A stretch of DNA of 64,000 nt from Albugo candida. Lineage: Eukaryota. Below, one piece after another: positions 1 through 10,601 of the stretch. Position 1 is the stretch's first letter. Each line of letters opens with the position of its first letter. The position numbers and the translations under genes were made by a program. The stretch covers positions 248,001 through 312,000 of the forward strand of contig JBDOQK010000032.1 in the NCBI GenBank assembly GCA_040437565.1, written 5' to 3'. The notes below the pieces were generated by a model. It did not search any database. It was not told the DNA's origin and worked only from the letters and a program-made list of their open reading frames with translations.

Positions 1-1330
1 ATGAGACTCGCTCCTTTATCGTACGAGATCGCATCGAAAATCTCATCCACTTCGTGTCCATTCTGAACCTCCACCTCGATAGGATGGGACGATAACATGG
101 CATCTCGAACGAGTGCCAAATTCAGCAATGATTCTTGCACAAAAGTATCCCATATTCGCCATTCTGGATAGATATGATTGGCAACATCACATTCCATATA
201 ACTCGCAAATCCCTCATTTAGCCATAGTCCAGTCCACCAGTCCATTGTCACAAGATTTCCAAACCATTGATGCGATAATTCGTGACATACGACTCTTGCA
301 GAGAGAACTTTTTGTGATTTTGTAGCGTGTTCCTCCTCTAAGAGTACGTATTGCCCATACGTAACAAGTCCCCAGTTTTCCATGGCACCCACAAAATCTG
401 GAAGCACAATGTTATCAAGTTTGTGGAGAGGATAAGGAATATCGAACATATTTGATAGATATGTGAGAGCTTTTAGGCCAGTTTTCAGCGCAAAACGACC
501 TTTATCGATATATCCGGGAGTGGTATAAACGCTCATCAGCACGCCCTCAGAGGTCACGTCACTGATAACGTCAAATTCGCCCACGACAATCGCAACAAGA
601 TATGTGGACATTGGCGGTGTTTCAGCGAAACGCCATACTTTTTTTTCCTTGCTTATAGATTGAGTATTTTCGTAAATAGTTGCATTCTGTTTGGGGCGCC
701 GAATTGTCTGCAAAACGTGCATGTTACTCAAAACAGTGAGATTCGGGTCGCTCGCGACTGATATTTGAAATGTGGCTTTGAAGGATGGTTCATCCCAACA
801 AGGAAACGCACGCCGGGCATCACAAGCCTCAAACTGAGTTGCAGCTAAAAGACGTTTTTCACCTTGGTGAGAGTACTCACTGAAGAAAAAGCCACGAAGC
901 TGTTCACTCAATGATCCATGAAAATTGAGTGTCAAGGTGAGTTGAGAGTGAGCTTTGATTGACTTGGACAGTTTTAAAGTCACAGTTTCGTTTTCCAAGT
1001 GATGAGTGAATTCCTCAACTTTGACTTGTTCACTTTCGGCTTGATCAATGATTTTTAGTGAAAACTGAAATAAGTAGAGATTTGCAGCATGAAAAGTGAT
1101 GCTGTCGATCGCTTCGTGCTGCACAGTCAAGTCAATCTCTTCAAAACCTTCAAACCGGCGGTTTATGAGATCGATGACATGATAATCAATTCGATACTAC
1201 AAAATATGTACTTTGAGAAGATGAAACGCGTACCACACATAGGGGAACTAAATACCTTTGACGGTAAGACACATTCAGGGAGTCGCAGTATTCCATTTTC
1301 GGATGTTGATGTTTTTTGCGCGCCGCACAT
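1..1330 (-). CDS. M1 family (puromycin-sensitive-like) aminopeptidase, 3'-partial, runs off the window start
   Basis: Minus-strand translation gives MCGAQK...RLPECVLPSK, a GT-AG intron at 1197-1255, then ATQFEACDARRAFPCWDEP, FAETPPMSTY, GAMENWG and HELSHQWFGNLVT..W..LWLNEGFA (GAMEN and HEXXH motifs). The first exon is repeated after the N gap as an assembly artefact. Confidence 0.93.
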
Positions 1331-2105
1331 TGAATAAAGAGATGATTTGTCGATATCTTTTAAAAAGCACCAATAGCTGCTTAGCAGCCATGTTTTCAAG
1401 TATTCGAGAAAACCGTTGCGGGTAGACACTTACGAGAAACAGCTCCAAATTCCGTGAGACATTTTGTTTCGCAAAGATTTTATGATAGCAAGTCAAAAAA
1501 AGTGACTAGGAAACTGAGTTTGCAATCACTGACTTTGAGACTAAGATTCGGAAGGAAAACGGGAAGATGTATAGTGTTTCATCTTNNNNNNNNNNNNNNN
1601 NNNNNNNNNNNNNNNNNNNNNNNNNNNNNNNNNNNNNNNNNNNNNNNNNNNNNNNNNNNNNNNNNNNNNNNNNNNNNNNNNNNNNTGAGATCGATGACAT
1701 GATAATCAATTCGATACTACAAAATATGTACTTTGAGAAGATGAAACGCGTACCACACATAGGGGAACTAAATACCTTTGACGGTAAGACACATTCAGGG
1801 AGTCGCAGTATTCCATTTTCGGATGTTGATGTTTTTTGCGCGCCGCACATTGAATAAAGAGATGATTTGTCGATATCTTTTAAAAAGCACCAATAGCTGC
1901 TTAGCAGCCATGTTTTCAAGTATTCGAGAAAACCGTTGCGGGTAGACACTTACGAGAAACAGCTCCAAATTCCGTGAGACATTTTGTTTCGCAAAGATTT
2001 TATGATAGCAAGTCAAAAAAAGTGACTAGGAAACTGAGTTTGCAATCACTGACTTTGAGACTAAGATTCGGAAGGAAAACGGGAAGATGTATAGTGTTTC
2101 ATCTT
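1166..2105. other. Assembly artefact: overlapping contig ends joined by a 100-N spacer. Same pattern at gaps 8293-8392, 24080-24179, 32258-32357, 41620-41719, and a short overlap at 46740-46839
   Basis: 1166-1585 equals 1686-2105. Offsets at the other gaps are 1752, 388, 820 and 542 bp, with copies identical as far as can be read. Confidence 0.9.
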
Positions 2106-2560
2106 TCATCATTATCACCTTTGGATAACTTTTAAGGTTTCAATTCTTTCTGCTCTTCTCTCCATTTGCCAGATTGATTCTATAATTTGCTAACGATAAA
2201 ATAGCAATGTCGTGTTAAGTGATGAAGCGACCTTATATTACTGAACAGTCAGCAAGTAAATGTGTCTCACGTATGCTCGTTGATCATGCTGTAATAATTG
2301 ATATTAGAGTCATACGCTACGCAATCTTAATAAGTCAGTCTGTCTAATATATTGACAGCCATCGGTTTCGTTGTGGCTACAGAAAATTTTGTGAAACAAT
2401 ATGCAATTTGTAGCCAGCACTTTTCGCTGGTGATCATGTTTGACAGTATATGGTATTAGCCGAGGGCCTCATTTCTATCAATTGATCGAGGTGGATTATC
2501 TTTTATTCCATTTTTCTTTTTCGGACCTCAAAGACGCTTCACCAAAGAAATACATCAGAG

Positions 2561-4615
2561 ATGGCCCCAAAATACACGGTGGGTAACCTTCCACTTTAAA
2601 TATGTCACTCACGTGTGAATCTACTGATAGACATCGAATATCGAGGACGAAGTCCAACTGCGTATAAGCGCGGACGGATTTGGAGCTGTTGAGCCCAAAA
2701 CACTAATACAGATCCTCCAGGAAACTGTCAAACGTTATCGTAACGATCCAGCACTGCATGTCAAGCGAGATGGAAAATGGTCCGATTTTATTTTCAAGAT
2801 GTTTGTCAAACCGCAGGGACTTAAATGTGTTATATATTTAGGAAAGTTTACACGTTCGGAGAATATTACGAAGAATCCTTGCGTTTTGGAAAAAGCTTAC
2901 TGCATCTCGGAGTTAAGCGATTCGATGGCGTCAGTATCATCGGATACAATTCGCCAGAATGGATGATTGCGGACATTGGTACAATACTAGCGGGCTGTAC
3001 AGCTTGCGGCATATACACAACAAGTTCACCCTCCGCGTGCGAGCATATTGTGAAAGATTCAGGATCGAGTGTCGTTGTCTGTGACGGAATGTCACAATTG
3101 CAAAAACTGATAGAAACTCATAAAAATTTGCCAAAATTGAAAGCTCTGGTGGTTTACAATCTATCAGAGGTTCCTGAAGATCTAAAATGTGATATTCCAA
3201 TCTACACGTTTGAGGATTTTCTTCAGCTCGGGCACGAAGTTGGAGATGATGTGATACAACAAAAAATGGATGCGCAGAAACCTGGGCATTGCTGTACGCT
3301 GGTTTACACGTCTGGAACTACAGGAAATCCAAAAGGTGTCATGTTGTCGCATGACAATATCGTCTGGACGGTCACTTGTGTACTCGGAATGGTAAAACGT
3401 AATCTCGACTACGAAATCACAAATGCCGATAAAATTGTGAGCTACTTGCCTCTGTCTCATATTGCCGCACAACTCGCGGATATCCTTCTGCCTGTCGTGT
3501 CCGGATTGCAAGTATGGTTTGCGCAGCCCGATGCTCTGAAAGGAAGTCTGGTGGTCACATTAAAAGAGGTTCGTCCGACTGTCTTTCTTGGAGTCCCACG
3601 TATTTGGGAAAAAATTGCTGAAAAAATGTGGGCTGTGGGTAAGGAGACTACTGGGCTGAAGAAACGAATTGCGGAATGGGCAAAATCTCGAGGAACACAA
3701 AAATCGGAGCTTGGTCAGTACGGAAATTCTGGAGGAGTTCCTTGTGGATTCAGTCTAGCGCACGGGTTGGTGTTGGGTCGTATAAAAGAGGCGCTTGGCT
3801 TGGATCAGTGTATCCTTTGTTACAGTGCGGCTGCACCTATTAGCAAAAAAATAATCGAGTATTTTGCCTCGTTGGATATACCGTTGTATGAACTTTTTGG
3901 CCAAAGTGAGGTGACTGGACCTCAGTGTGTTGGAATGCGTAATATCTGGAGAATAGGAGCATGCGGCCAAACCATTGACGGAAGTCAAACTCGTGTAGCG
4001 GAAGGAACGGAAGAGCTACTTTTCAAAGGACGAAATATCATGATGGGCTATCTTAACTCTCCCGAGCACACAACCGAAACTATTGATGAAGACGGCTGGT
4101 TACATTCAGGAGACTGCGGCAAAATCGACGAAGACGGGTTCGTGACGATTACCGGTCGAATCAAAGAATTGCTCATTACTGCTGGCGGCGAGAATATTCC
4201 CCCAATTATCATCGAAGATGCAATCAAAGAAGAAATCCCGCTCGTTGCGAACGCAATGGTCATTGGCGACCAGCGCAAATTCTTGAGTGCCCTTTTAACA
4301 TTCCATGTAACATTGGATGACGGTACTCCAACAAGCAATCTCGATCCAAAGTCCCTCGAAATCCTCAAGGAATTGAAGAGTTCGGCAAAGACTATTGATG
4401 AAGCAAAAGCGTGTGCAAAAGTAAAGGAATATTTGGACGAAAGAATGAAGCGTGTCAATGCACGTGCGACGTCTCGCGCTCAGAATATTGGAAAGTATGA
4501 AATTCTACCAACCGATTTCTCCATCTCGGGGGGCGAATTGACTGCGACTATGAAAGTTCGCCGCAAAATTGTTATCGAAAAGTACTCGGAGCTCGTAGAA
4601 CAGATTTACGCGTGA
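2561..4615 (+). CDS. Long-chain-fatty-acid--CoA ligase (ACSBG/bubblegum-like)
   Basis: YTSGTTGNPKG AMP-binding motif, GWLHSGDCG and ITGRIKELLITAGGENI. Two 5' introns (2579-2630, 2780-2841) join MAPKYT-TSNIEDE...KW-KVYT in frame. Confidence 0.93.
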
Positions 4616-4746
4616 GGAGATAAAAAGTTGCCTTTTTTGCAAGTAGTCCAAGTTTATTTTTGACCTTCAATGTCTATTTTTACCCGCAAGTGAAACTACT
4701 CGCTATTTTGTTTGAACATTGCGTCATAAAATTTTATTGCGTGTCT

Positions 4747-5416
4747 ATGTCAATGCGATTGGCGTCTCGAGTGAGACAAACTTTTGCAAAAAAGAATACC
4801 GGAAGATTGTTTTCGACCCATGCCTTGTTTCCCTTTCACGTGGCCATTCCAGTCCACGACTTGAGTATCGGTGCGGTAAAATGGCTTAAAATTTTGTACG
4901 TCGTATAATGGCTGTTTCTTCTCAGCGAAGGAGTTTTATGGAAATTTTTTGGGATTCAAGGAAGGAAGATCGTCGCCCGTGTGGCTGGTAGTCGCGAATT
5001 TGGTGAATTATATGCTGCTGTTATTCACTTGTCGTGGATAGGATTATAACATGTATGGGCATCAGCTCGTTATTCATGGTGTAGGAAAAGATTACAAACC
5101 CGTTGACTGGTTCAATTGTGTTGGTATGTTGTGTTAATCTTATCGGTATTGTAGCTCACGCAGTATTGTAATTGTAGACTCAGATGATGTTCCTGTACCT
5201 CATTATGGCGTAATTCTGCCAGTCGCCGAGTTCCATAACGTAAGCAAGAAAGTCGAAAAGGGCGGCGTGTCGTTTATTCTCGAGCCCCGGATTCGATTTC
5301 GAGGAAAGCCAGCAGAACAATGGACAATGGTGTTCAAAGATCCAAGTGGCAACAATCTAGAATTCAAAGCTATGACCACTCCAGACTGTCTATTTACAAA
5401 ATACGCTGAGAAATAA
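4747..5416 (+). CDS. VOC/glyoxalase-superfamily protein (COG3565 extradiol-dioxygenase-like) with a probable mitochondrial presequence; 3 introns
   Basis: Spliced translation PFHVAIPVHDL..AKEFYG..LG..EGRSS..W.DYNMYGHQLVIH...VPVPHYGVIL...EPRIRFRGKPAEQWTMVFKDPSGNNLEFKAM. Arg/Ser-rich N-terminus ending RLFS. The spliced gene is not in the ORF track. Confidence 0.85.
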
Positions 5417-5485
5417 TTAAGAAGAGTTTTCATCATTATGAAGATGAAATTGATAGAATCCAGCCAGCCAGGCACCTAGCGACAT

Positions 5486-5557
5486 TACGCTGTCCGGGAA
5501 TCGAACCCGGACCTCATCCGTGGGAGGGATGAATCATAACCATTAGACAAACAGCGC
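5486..5557 (-). tRNA. tRNA-Gly (anticodon CCC)
   Basis: 72-nt cloverleaf: acceptor GCGCTGT/ACAGCGT, anticodon stem CATCC/GGATG with loop CTCCCAC, T arm CCGGG-TTCGATT-CCCGG, discriminator A. Confidence 0.95.
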
Positions 5558-6154
5558 GGAATTGAGCGCGCAGGGCAAGATACGCATGAAATTTCAACAA
5601 CTGTAGCCCCTAAACGCTCTCAAATAAACATGTACAGCGCTTTCCGGGTTGATATAGATATATACAACTATCTCAGCGTTGATCTGCTTCGCTTCCAAGA
5701 GACACAATGTAGCGCTAATTTGATTTATTATGAATATGAAGGAGTAAAGTATAACTAAATTTCCACTACATCAACTGGCACTATTTTATTGCACAACATT
5801 TCGCGTGGCGCAAATTCAAGATCCGAGAATGTAATCGTTAGCTCAAATACGAAATCGGATAAATTTTCGACCGCACTTAATTTCAGCCACGTGACGTAAT
5901 TTTTCGACGATTGCATCACATAAGCGAGATGTTAGAAAAAGAATCGTCCATTTCCCTTACGTCTTCATCAGTCGTAAAGCACTATTCATACAAATGACTA
6001 GTCATTGACATGTATACTCTCTCGGATTTCGTTTACACTTGGTGTGTAATCGTCGGAGCTGAGTGAACTCACTTCAAAATGGCTATCAATCTCCTCAACG
6101 CTTCGTTCTAGTGGTGAGACATCTATACTCAAACGCATTTAACAAAACTGATCC

Positions 6155-9100
6155 TCAGTCACAAAAAAACTTACATGCATCACGATCGGACGAGCTTGCT
6201 GAGGATCGATCGTACTCGTTTGAAGCAGCAACTGACACACTATCCAAATCGAAATCTTGTACCGTCAGATCCTCCAATGTATCGGGTGGGAGTGATCGCA
6301 CTCTTCGAGACTGAAGACGACTTCGTCGTGCTGGAGTTACTCTTGCTGGAGAAATCTCATCGTTTTCCAAAATCGTCAACGAAGCAGGCTGATAATAAGC
6401 CAATGGAATATCAGGCTGTAAGGACATTCCCCTCGTCAGCATTTGCTCTTTTACATCATACGAGCCAACAGCTCTGAGCGGCGTTTGTGACACTCCTGGG
6501 CCACTTGTATGAGGTCTCGAGAACTGCGATGAGAAATCACCAGCCATCCATGATTTTCGCCTCTCATCCACTTTCCATCGCTGTCTCATTTTTGAAAATG
6601 GTGATGTCTGGGACGTTTGTAGACTATCAAACATTTCGGAAAATGTTATTTCTGAACCATGAGCCAGAGGAAGATTGTCTTTCCAGTCGACACGGAGGGG
6701 TCTTCGAGCGCGCCATAACGCCGTCTGTTTGATCGCGGCGGAGAGAGAGTGCATCAGTCTCGCGCTACTCGTAGCTTCAGGAGCTTTTGTCGCAAACTCT
6801 TCAATCTCATCGTATAAAGGCCGTTGTGCAGGATCGATCAAGTTTAATAAATCCTTATTGCTAGTCGTTGCCGCACTCGCCAAGCTCCCAACTACTGTTG
6901 CTTGTTCAGCATCCTCGTTATCCTCATCTTCTCCATCATTCTCATCATCTTCGTCACCCGCATCTGCTCCATCTGAGCCAGAAGTATCCGCAGAGCCAGT
7001 TTGTTGAATTGCACTGGTTTCCTCTGTATTCTTCCTCACACGCTGTTTCACTGACAAGCATTTGGTGGTAGGTTCTACAGCGTCTACTTCTTCGTCACTA
7101 CTCGAGAATTCACTCCCGGCCGCATCAGCCGTCCCGAATGCATCTAGAGTTTGTTCGGCCAATAATCGCCGCAATAGCAACCTTTTCGATACTTTTTGCT
7201 TGATCAGAGGACGCATAGCTTTTCGCACGTCCTTACTCGACCATGCTTTCTTGATCGCGCTTTCATGCTCGCGAGACAGTAACACCATTTTGTTTGTCTC
7301 CGGGTCGAACAATCGTTCTCCACGATACATTGGACGTAGAACACGTACCAAAGTCGAATGAATCGCAGCAAGACTTCGATCCACATTGGTATTATCGACT
7401 TTTGGTATCAGATACTGATCAGCATTCTTGCACAAATGACGCTGGATAATCCGAATATTATCAAAATACTTGATGTACTTGTTTTCTTGAGGATCAACCG
7501 TCATGTGACGAGCTCGAACTGCAAATCTTTCGCGGTGTTTGACTTCATTGCTGATATATACGACAAACGGAATACAGGTTGGATGTTTTTGTACTAATTC
7601 GATCAGTTGATCCGTGTTCAAATGCACTCCTTCAACGACCAGCGATTGGTTCCTCTTTTCGAAATTAGTCAAAACCTGGTCGAGTTTTTCCAAGACCAAT
7701 TGACTTTGGAGCTTATATCCTCGTAAAATCTTGCGTTTGTGGAGTCGAGCTGCTGACAAGGTCGATCCAGCAGCCTCACTCAGTCCCATTGTACTGAGTT
7801 CTTGGATCGTTTCCGGAGGTAAAGCGTCACCTGCTTGATAAGTTGAAACGAACGCGCAAGGGTTTTTTTCTTTACAAGTAACTGAGCGAAGTACATGACG
7901 AATAGAATCAGTTGGTAATACGGTAGTGAGTCGAAGTCGCGCAGCCAAGAGGGAAGCCAGTGTTGATTTTCCGGTTCCAGAGGTACCACCTAACAGCACT
8001 ATAAATGCTTGTTTCCGATGAGTGACTTCTTTTGCGATCTCAAAATCCAGTAAATCATGCGGTTTTGTATAGTTCAAGCGTGCGAGTGTACTGTAAATGC
8101 ATTGATGAAGGTAGTTCCAAGGAAGATTATGTTCTACGGTTTCTCCGGGCTCCTGTGCGTCCGAATGCACCGTCTTGTCGGTACATCTACTCACATCCAC
8201 ACAGGAAAGTCCCTCCTTGTTTCCTGATGCTGATTGGACTGGATTGTGAGGATTTGCGTTTTGATGCTTTTGTGTATACTGTTTGAATACACNNNNNNNN
8301 NNNNNNNNNNNNNNNNNNNNNNNNNNNNNNNNNNNNNNNNNNNNNNNNNNNNNNNNNNNNNNNNNNNNNNNNNNNNNNNNNNNNNNNNNNNNAAATGTTA
8401 TTTCTGAACCATGAGCCAGAGGAAGATTGTCTTTCCAGTCGACACGGAGGGGTCTTCGAGCGCGCCATAACGCCGTCTGTTTGATCGCGGCGGAGAGAGA
8501 GTGCATCAGTCTCGCGCTACTCGTAGCTTCAGGAGCTTTTGTCGCAAACTCTTCAATCTCATCGTATAAAGGCCGTTGTGCAGGATCGATCAAGTTTAAT
8601 AAATCCTTATTGCTAGTCGTTGCCGCACTCGCCAAGCTCCCAACTACTGTTGCTTGTTCAGCATCCTCGTTATCCTCATCTTCTCCATCATTCTCATCAT
8701 CTTCGTCACCCGCATCTGCTCCATCTGAGCCAGAAGTATCCGCAGAGCCAGTTTGTTGAATTGCACTGGTTTCCTCTGTATTCTTCCTCACACGCTGTTT
8801 CACTGACAAGCATTTGGTGGTAGGTTCTACAGCGTCTACTTCTTCGTCACTACTCGAGAATTCACTCCCGGCCGCATCAGCCGTCCCGAATGCATCTAGA
8901 GTTTGTTCGGCCAATAATCGCCGCAATAGCAACCTTTTCGATACTTTTTGCTTGATCAGAGGACGCATAGCTTTTCGCACGTCCTTACTCGACCATGCTT
9001 TCTTGATCGCGCTTTCATGCTCGCGAGACAGTAACACCATTTTGTTTGTCTCCGGGTCGAACAATCGTTCTCCACGATACATTGGACGTAGAACACGTAC

Positions 9101-10213
9101 CAAAGTCGAATGAATCGCAGCAAGACTTCGATCCACATTGGTATTATCGACTTTTGGTATCAGATACTGATCAGCATTCTTGCACAAATGACGCTGGATA
9201 ATCCGAATATTATCAAAATACTTGATGTACTTGTTTTCTTGAGGATCAACCGTCATGTGACGAGCTCGAACTGCAAATCTTTCGCGGTGTTTGACTTCAT
9301 TGCTGATATATACGACAAACGGAATACAGGTTGGATGTTTTTGTACTAATTCGATCAGTTGATCCGTGTTCAAATGCACTCCTTCAACGACCAGCGATTG
9401 GTTCCTCTTTTCGAAATTAGTCAAAACCTGGTCGAGTTTTTCCAAGACCAATTGACTTTGGAGCTTATATCCTCGTAAAATCTTGCGTTTGTGGAGTCGA
9501 GCTGCTGACAAGGTCGATCCAGCAGCCTCACTCAGTCCCATTGTACTGAGTTCTTGGATCGTTTCCGGAGGTAAAGCGTCACCTGCTTGATAAGTTGAAA
9601 CGAACGCGCAAGGGTTTTTTTCTTTACAAGTAACTGAGCGAAGTACATGACGAATAGAATCAGTTGGTAATACGGTAGTGAGTCGAAGTCGCGCAGCCAA
9701 GAGGGAAGCCAGTGTTGATTTTCCGGTTCCAGAGGTACCACCTAACAGCACTATAAATGCTTGTTTCCGATGAGTGACTTCTTTTGCGATCTCAAAATCC
9801 AGTAAATCATGCGGTTTTGTATAGTTCAAGCGTGCGAGTGTACTGTAAATGCATTGATGAAGGTAGTTCCAAGGAAGATTATGTTCTACGGTTTCTCCGG
9901 GCTCCTGTGCGTCCGAATGCACCGTCTTGTCGGTACATCTACTCACATCCACACAGGAAAGTCCCTCCTTGTTTCCTGATGCTGATTGGACTGGATTGTG
10001 AGGATTTGCGTTTTGATGCTTTTGTGTATACTGTTTGAATACACCAAAAGCTTCTTTTGTGACAATTACAGCGTCAGAAAGACGACATCCCATCAACATC
10101 AATGTCTCTTGGAGTCTATAACGTGTAAACATCTCTTTACGCTCTCCTTTCATAGCAACGACCAGTAGATCCATTGGATCACTTCCATTTGCTTCGGCTT
10201 CGACTTCATCCAT
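6155..10213 (-). CDS. P-loop NTPase, 2-phosphoglycerate-kinase/LPA1-like. True length about 768 aa after removing the 1752-bp gap-flanking duplication
   Basis: LLGGTSGTGKSTLASLLA...TTVLPTDSIRH, SLVVEGVHL, KHRERFAVRA and NKYIKYFDNIRIIQ..L...AD....PKVDNTNVDRS match plant LPA1-type proteins. 6641-8292 is repeated at 8393-10044 across the N gap. Confidence 0.85.
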   Translation of the reverse strand: MDEVEAEANGSDPMDLLVVAMKGERKEMFTRYRLQETLMLMGCRLSDAVIVTKEAFGVFKQYTQKHQNANPHNPVQSASGNKEGLSCVDVSRCTDKTVHSDAQEPGETVEHNLPWNYLHQCIYSTLARLNYTKPHDLLDFEIAKEVTHRKQAFIVLLGGTSGTGKSTLASLLAARLRLTTVLPTDSIRHVLRSVTCKEKNPCAFVSTYQAGDALPPETIQELSTMGLSEAAGSTLSAARLHKRKILRGYKLQSQLVLEKLDQVLTNFEKRNQSLVVEGVHLNTDQLIELVQKHPTCIPFVVYISNEVKHRERFAVRARHMTVDPQENKYIKYFDNIRIIQRHLCKNADQYLIPKVDNTNVDRSLAAIHSTLVRVLRPMYRGERLFDPETNKMVLLSREHESAIKKAWSSKDVRKAMRPLIKQKVSKRLLLRRLLAEQTLDAFGTADAAGSEFSSSDEEVDAVEPTTKCLSVKQRVRKNTEETSAIQQTGSADTSGSDGADAGDEDDENDGEDEDNEDAEQATVVGSLASAATTSNKDLLNLIDPAQRPLYDEIEEFATKAPEATSSARLMHSLSAAIKQTALWRARRPLRVDWKDNLPLAHGSEITFXXXXXXXXXXXXXXXXXXXXXXXXXXXXXXXXXXVFKQYTQKHQNANPHNPVQSASGNKEGLSCVDVSRCTDKTVHSDAQEPGETVEHNLPWNYLHQCIYSTLARLNYTKPHDLLDFEIAKEVTHRKQAFIVLLGGTSGTGKSTLASLLAARLRLTTVLPTDSIRHVLRSVTCKEKNPCAFVSTYQAGDALPPETIQELSTMGLSEAAGSTLSAARLHKRKILRGYKLQSQLVLEKLDQVLTNFEKRNQSLVVEGVHLNTDQLIELVQKHPTCIPFVVYISNEVKHRERFAVRARHMTVDPQENKYIKYFDNIRIIQRHLCKNADQYLIPKVDNTNVDRSLAAIHSTLVRVLRPMYRGERLFDPETNKMVLLSREHESAIKKAWSSKDVRKAMRPLIKQKVSKRLLLRRLLAEQTLDAFGTADAAGSEFSSSDEEVDAVEPTTKCLSVKQRVRKNTEETSAIQQTGSADTSGSDGADAGDEDDENDGEDEDNEDAEQATVVGSLASAATTSNKDLLNLIDPAQRPLYDEIEEFATKAPEATSSARLMHSLSAAIKQTALWRARRPLRVDWKDNLPLAHGSEITFSEMFDSLQTSQTSPFSKMRQRWKVDERRKSWMAGDFSSQFSRPHTSGPGVSQTPLRAVGSYDVKEQMLTRGMSLQPDIPLAYYQPASLTILENDEISPARVTPARRSRLQSRRVRSLPPDTLEDLTVQDFDLDSVSVAASNEYDRSSASSSDRDACKFFCD

Positions 10214-10601
10214 CAAAGCAGTGCACGTAAACTAAGGAAACTAAATTTCTCAATTTGATCTAGATATTATTCTAAAAGGACAGTACTCAACAAGTTTTGG
10301 ACTGTAAGAAGTGAACTTGACCAAAACAGAGCACCGTGAATCTTCTCTTGCAGTCCTCACCAAATGACGGTGAGGGATTATTATTATCGTACCGATATGT
10401 ACCGGGGATAGTACCCCGTTGTCGGTAGTATAAGGTAGTTCAAAAATAGAATTTCTGTTTATAGGTACATATTGTTCCTTTGAAGCAACTTTGGAGAGAC
10501 ATTCTTTCCACTTTTGAGTCCAAAGAGCAACTTCACGGTGGAGAGAAAGAGAAAGAGAAAGAAAGAATTGCCCTAAGCAACGTACTCATCAACTATCTTC
10601 A

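Noticed and set aside
5580-5720. TPP-riboswitch-like words on the minus strand (CTGAGA...ACCCG...GCGTTTAGGGG)
   Set aside because: No P2 5' GGG strand, no CUGAU/UAAU core, wrong spacing, and no thiamine gene context.
6641-10044. Tandem two-kinase-domain protein
   Set aside because: The copies are identical and abut a 100-N gap, so this is an assembly overlap.
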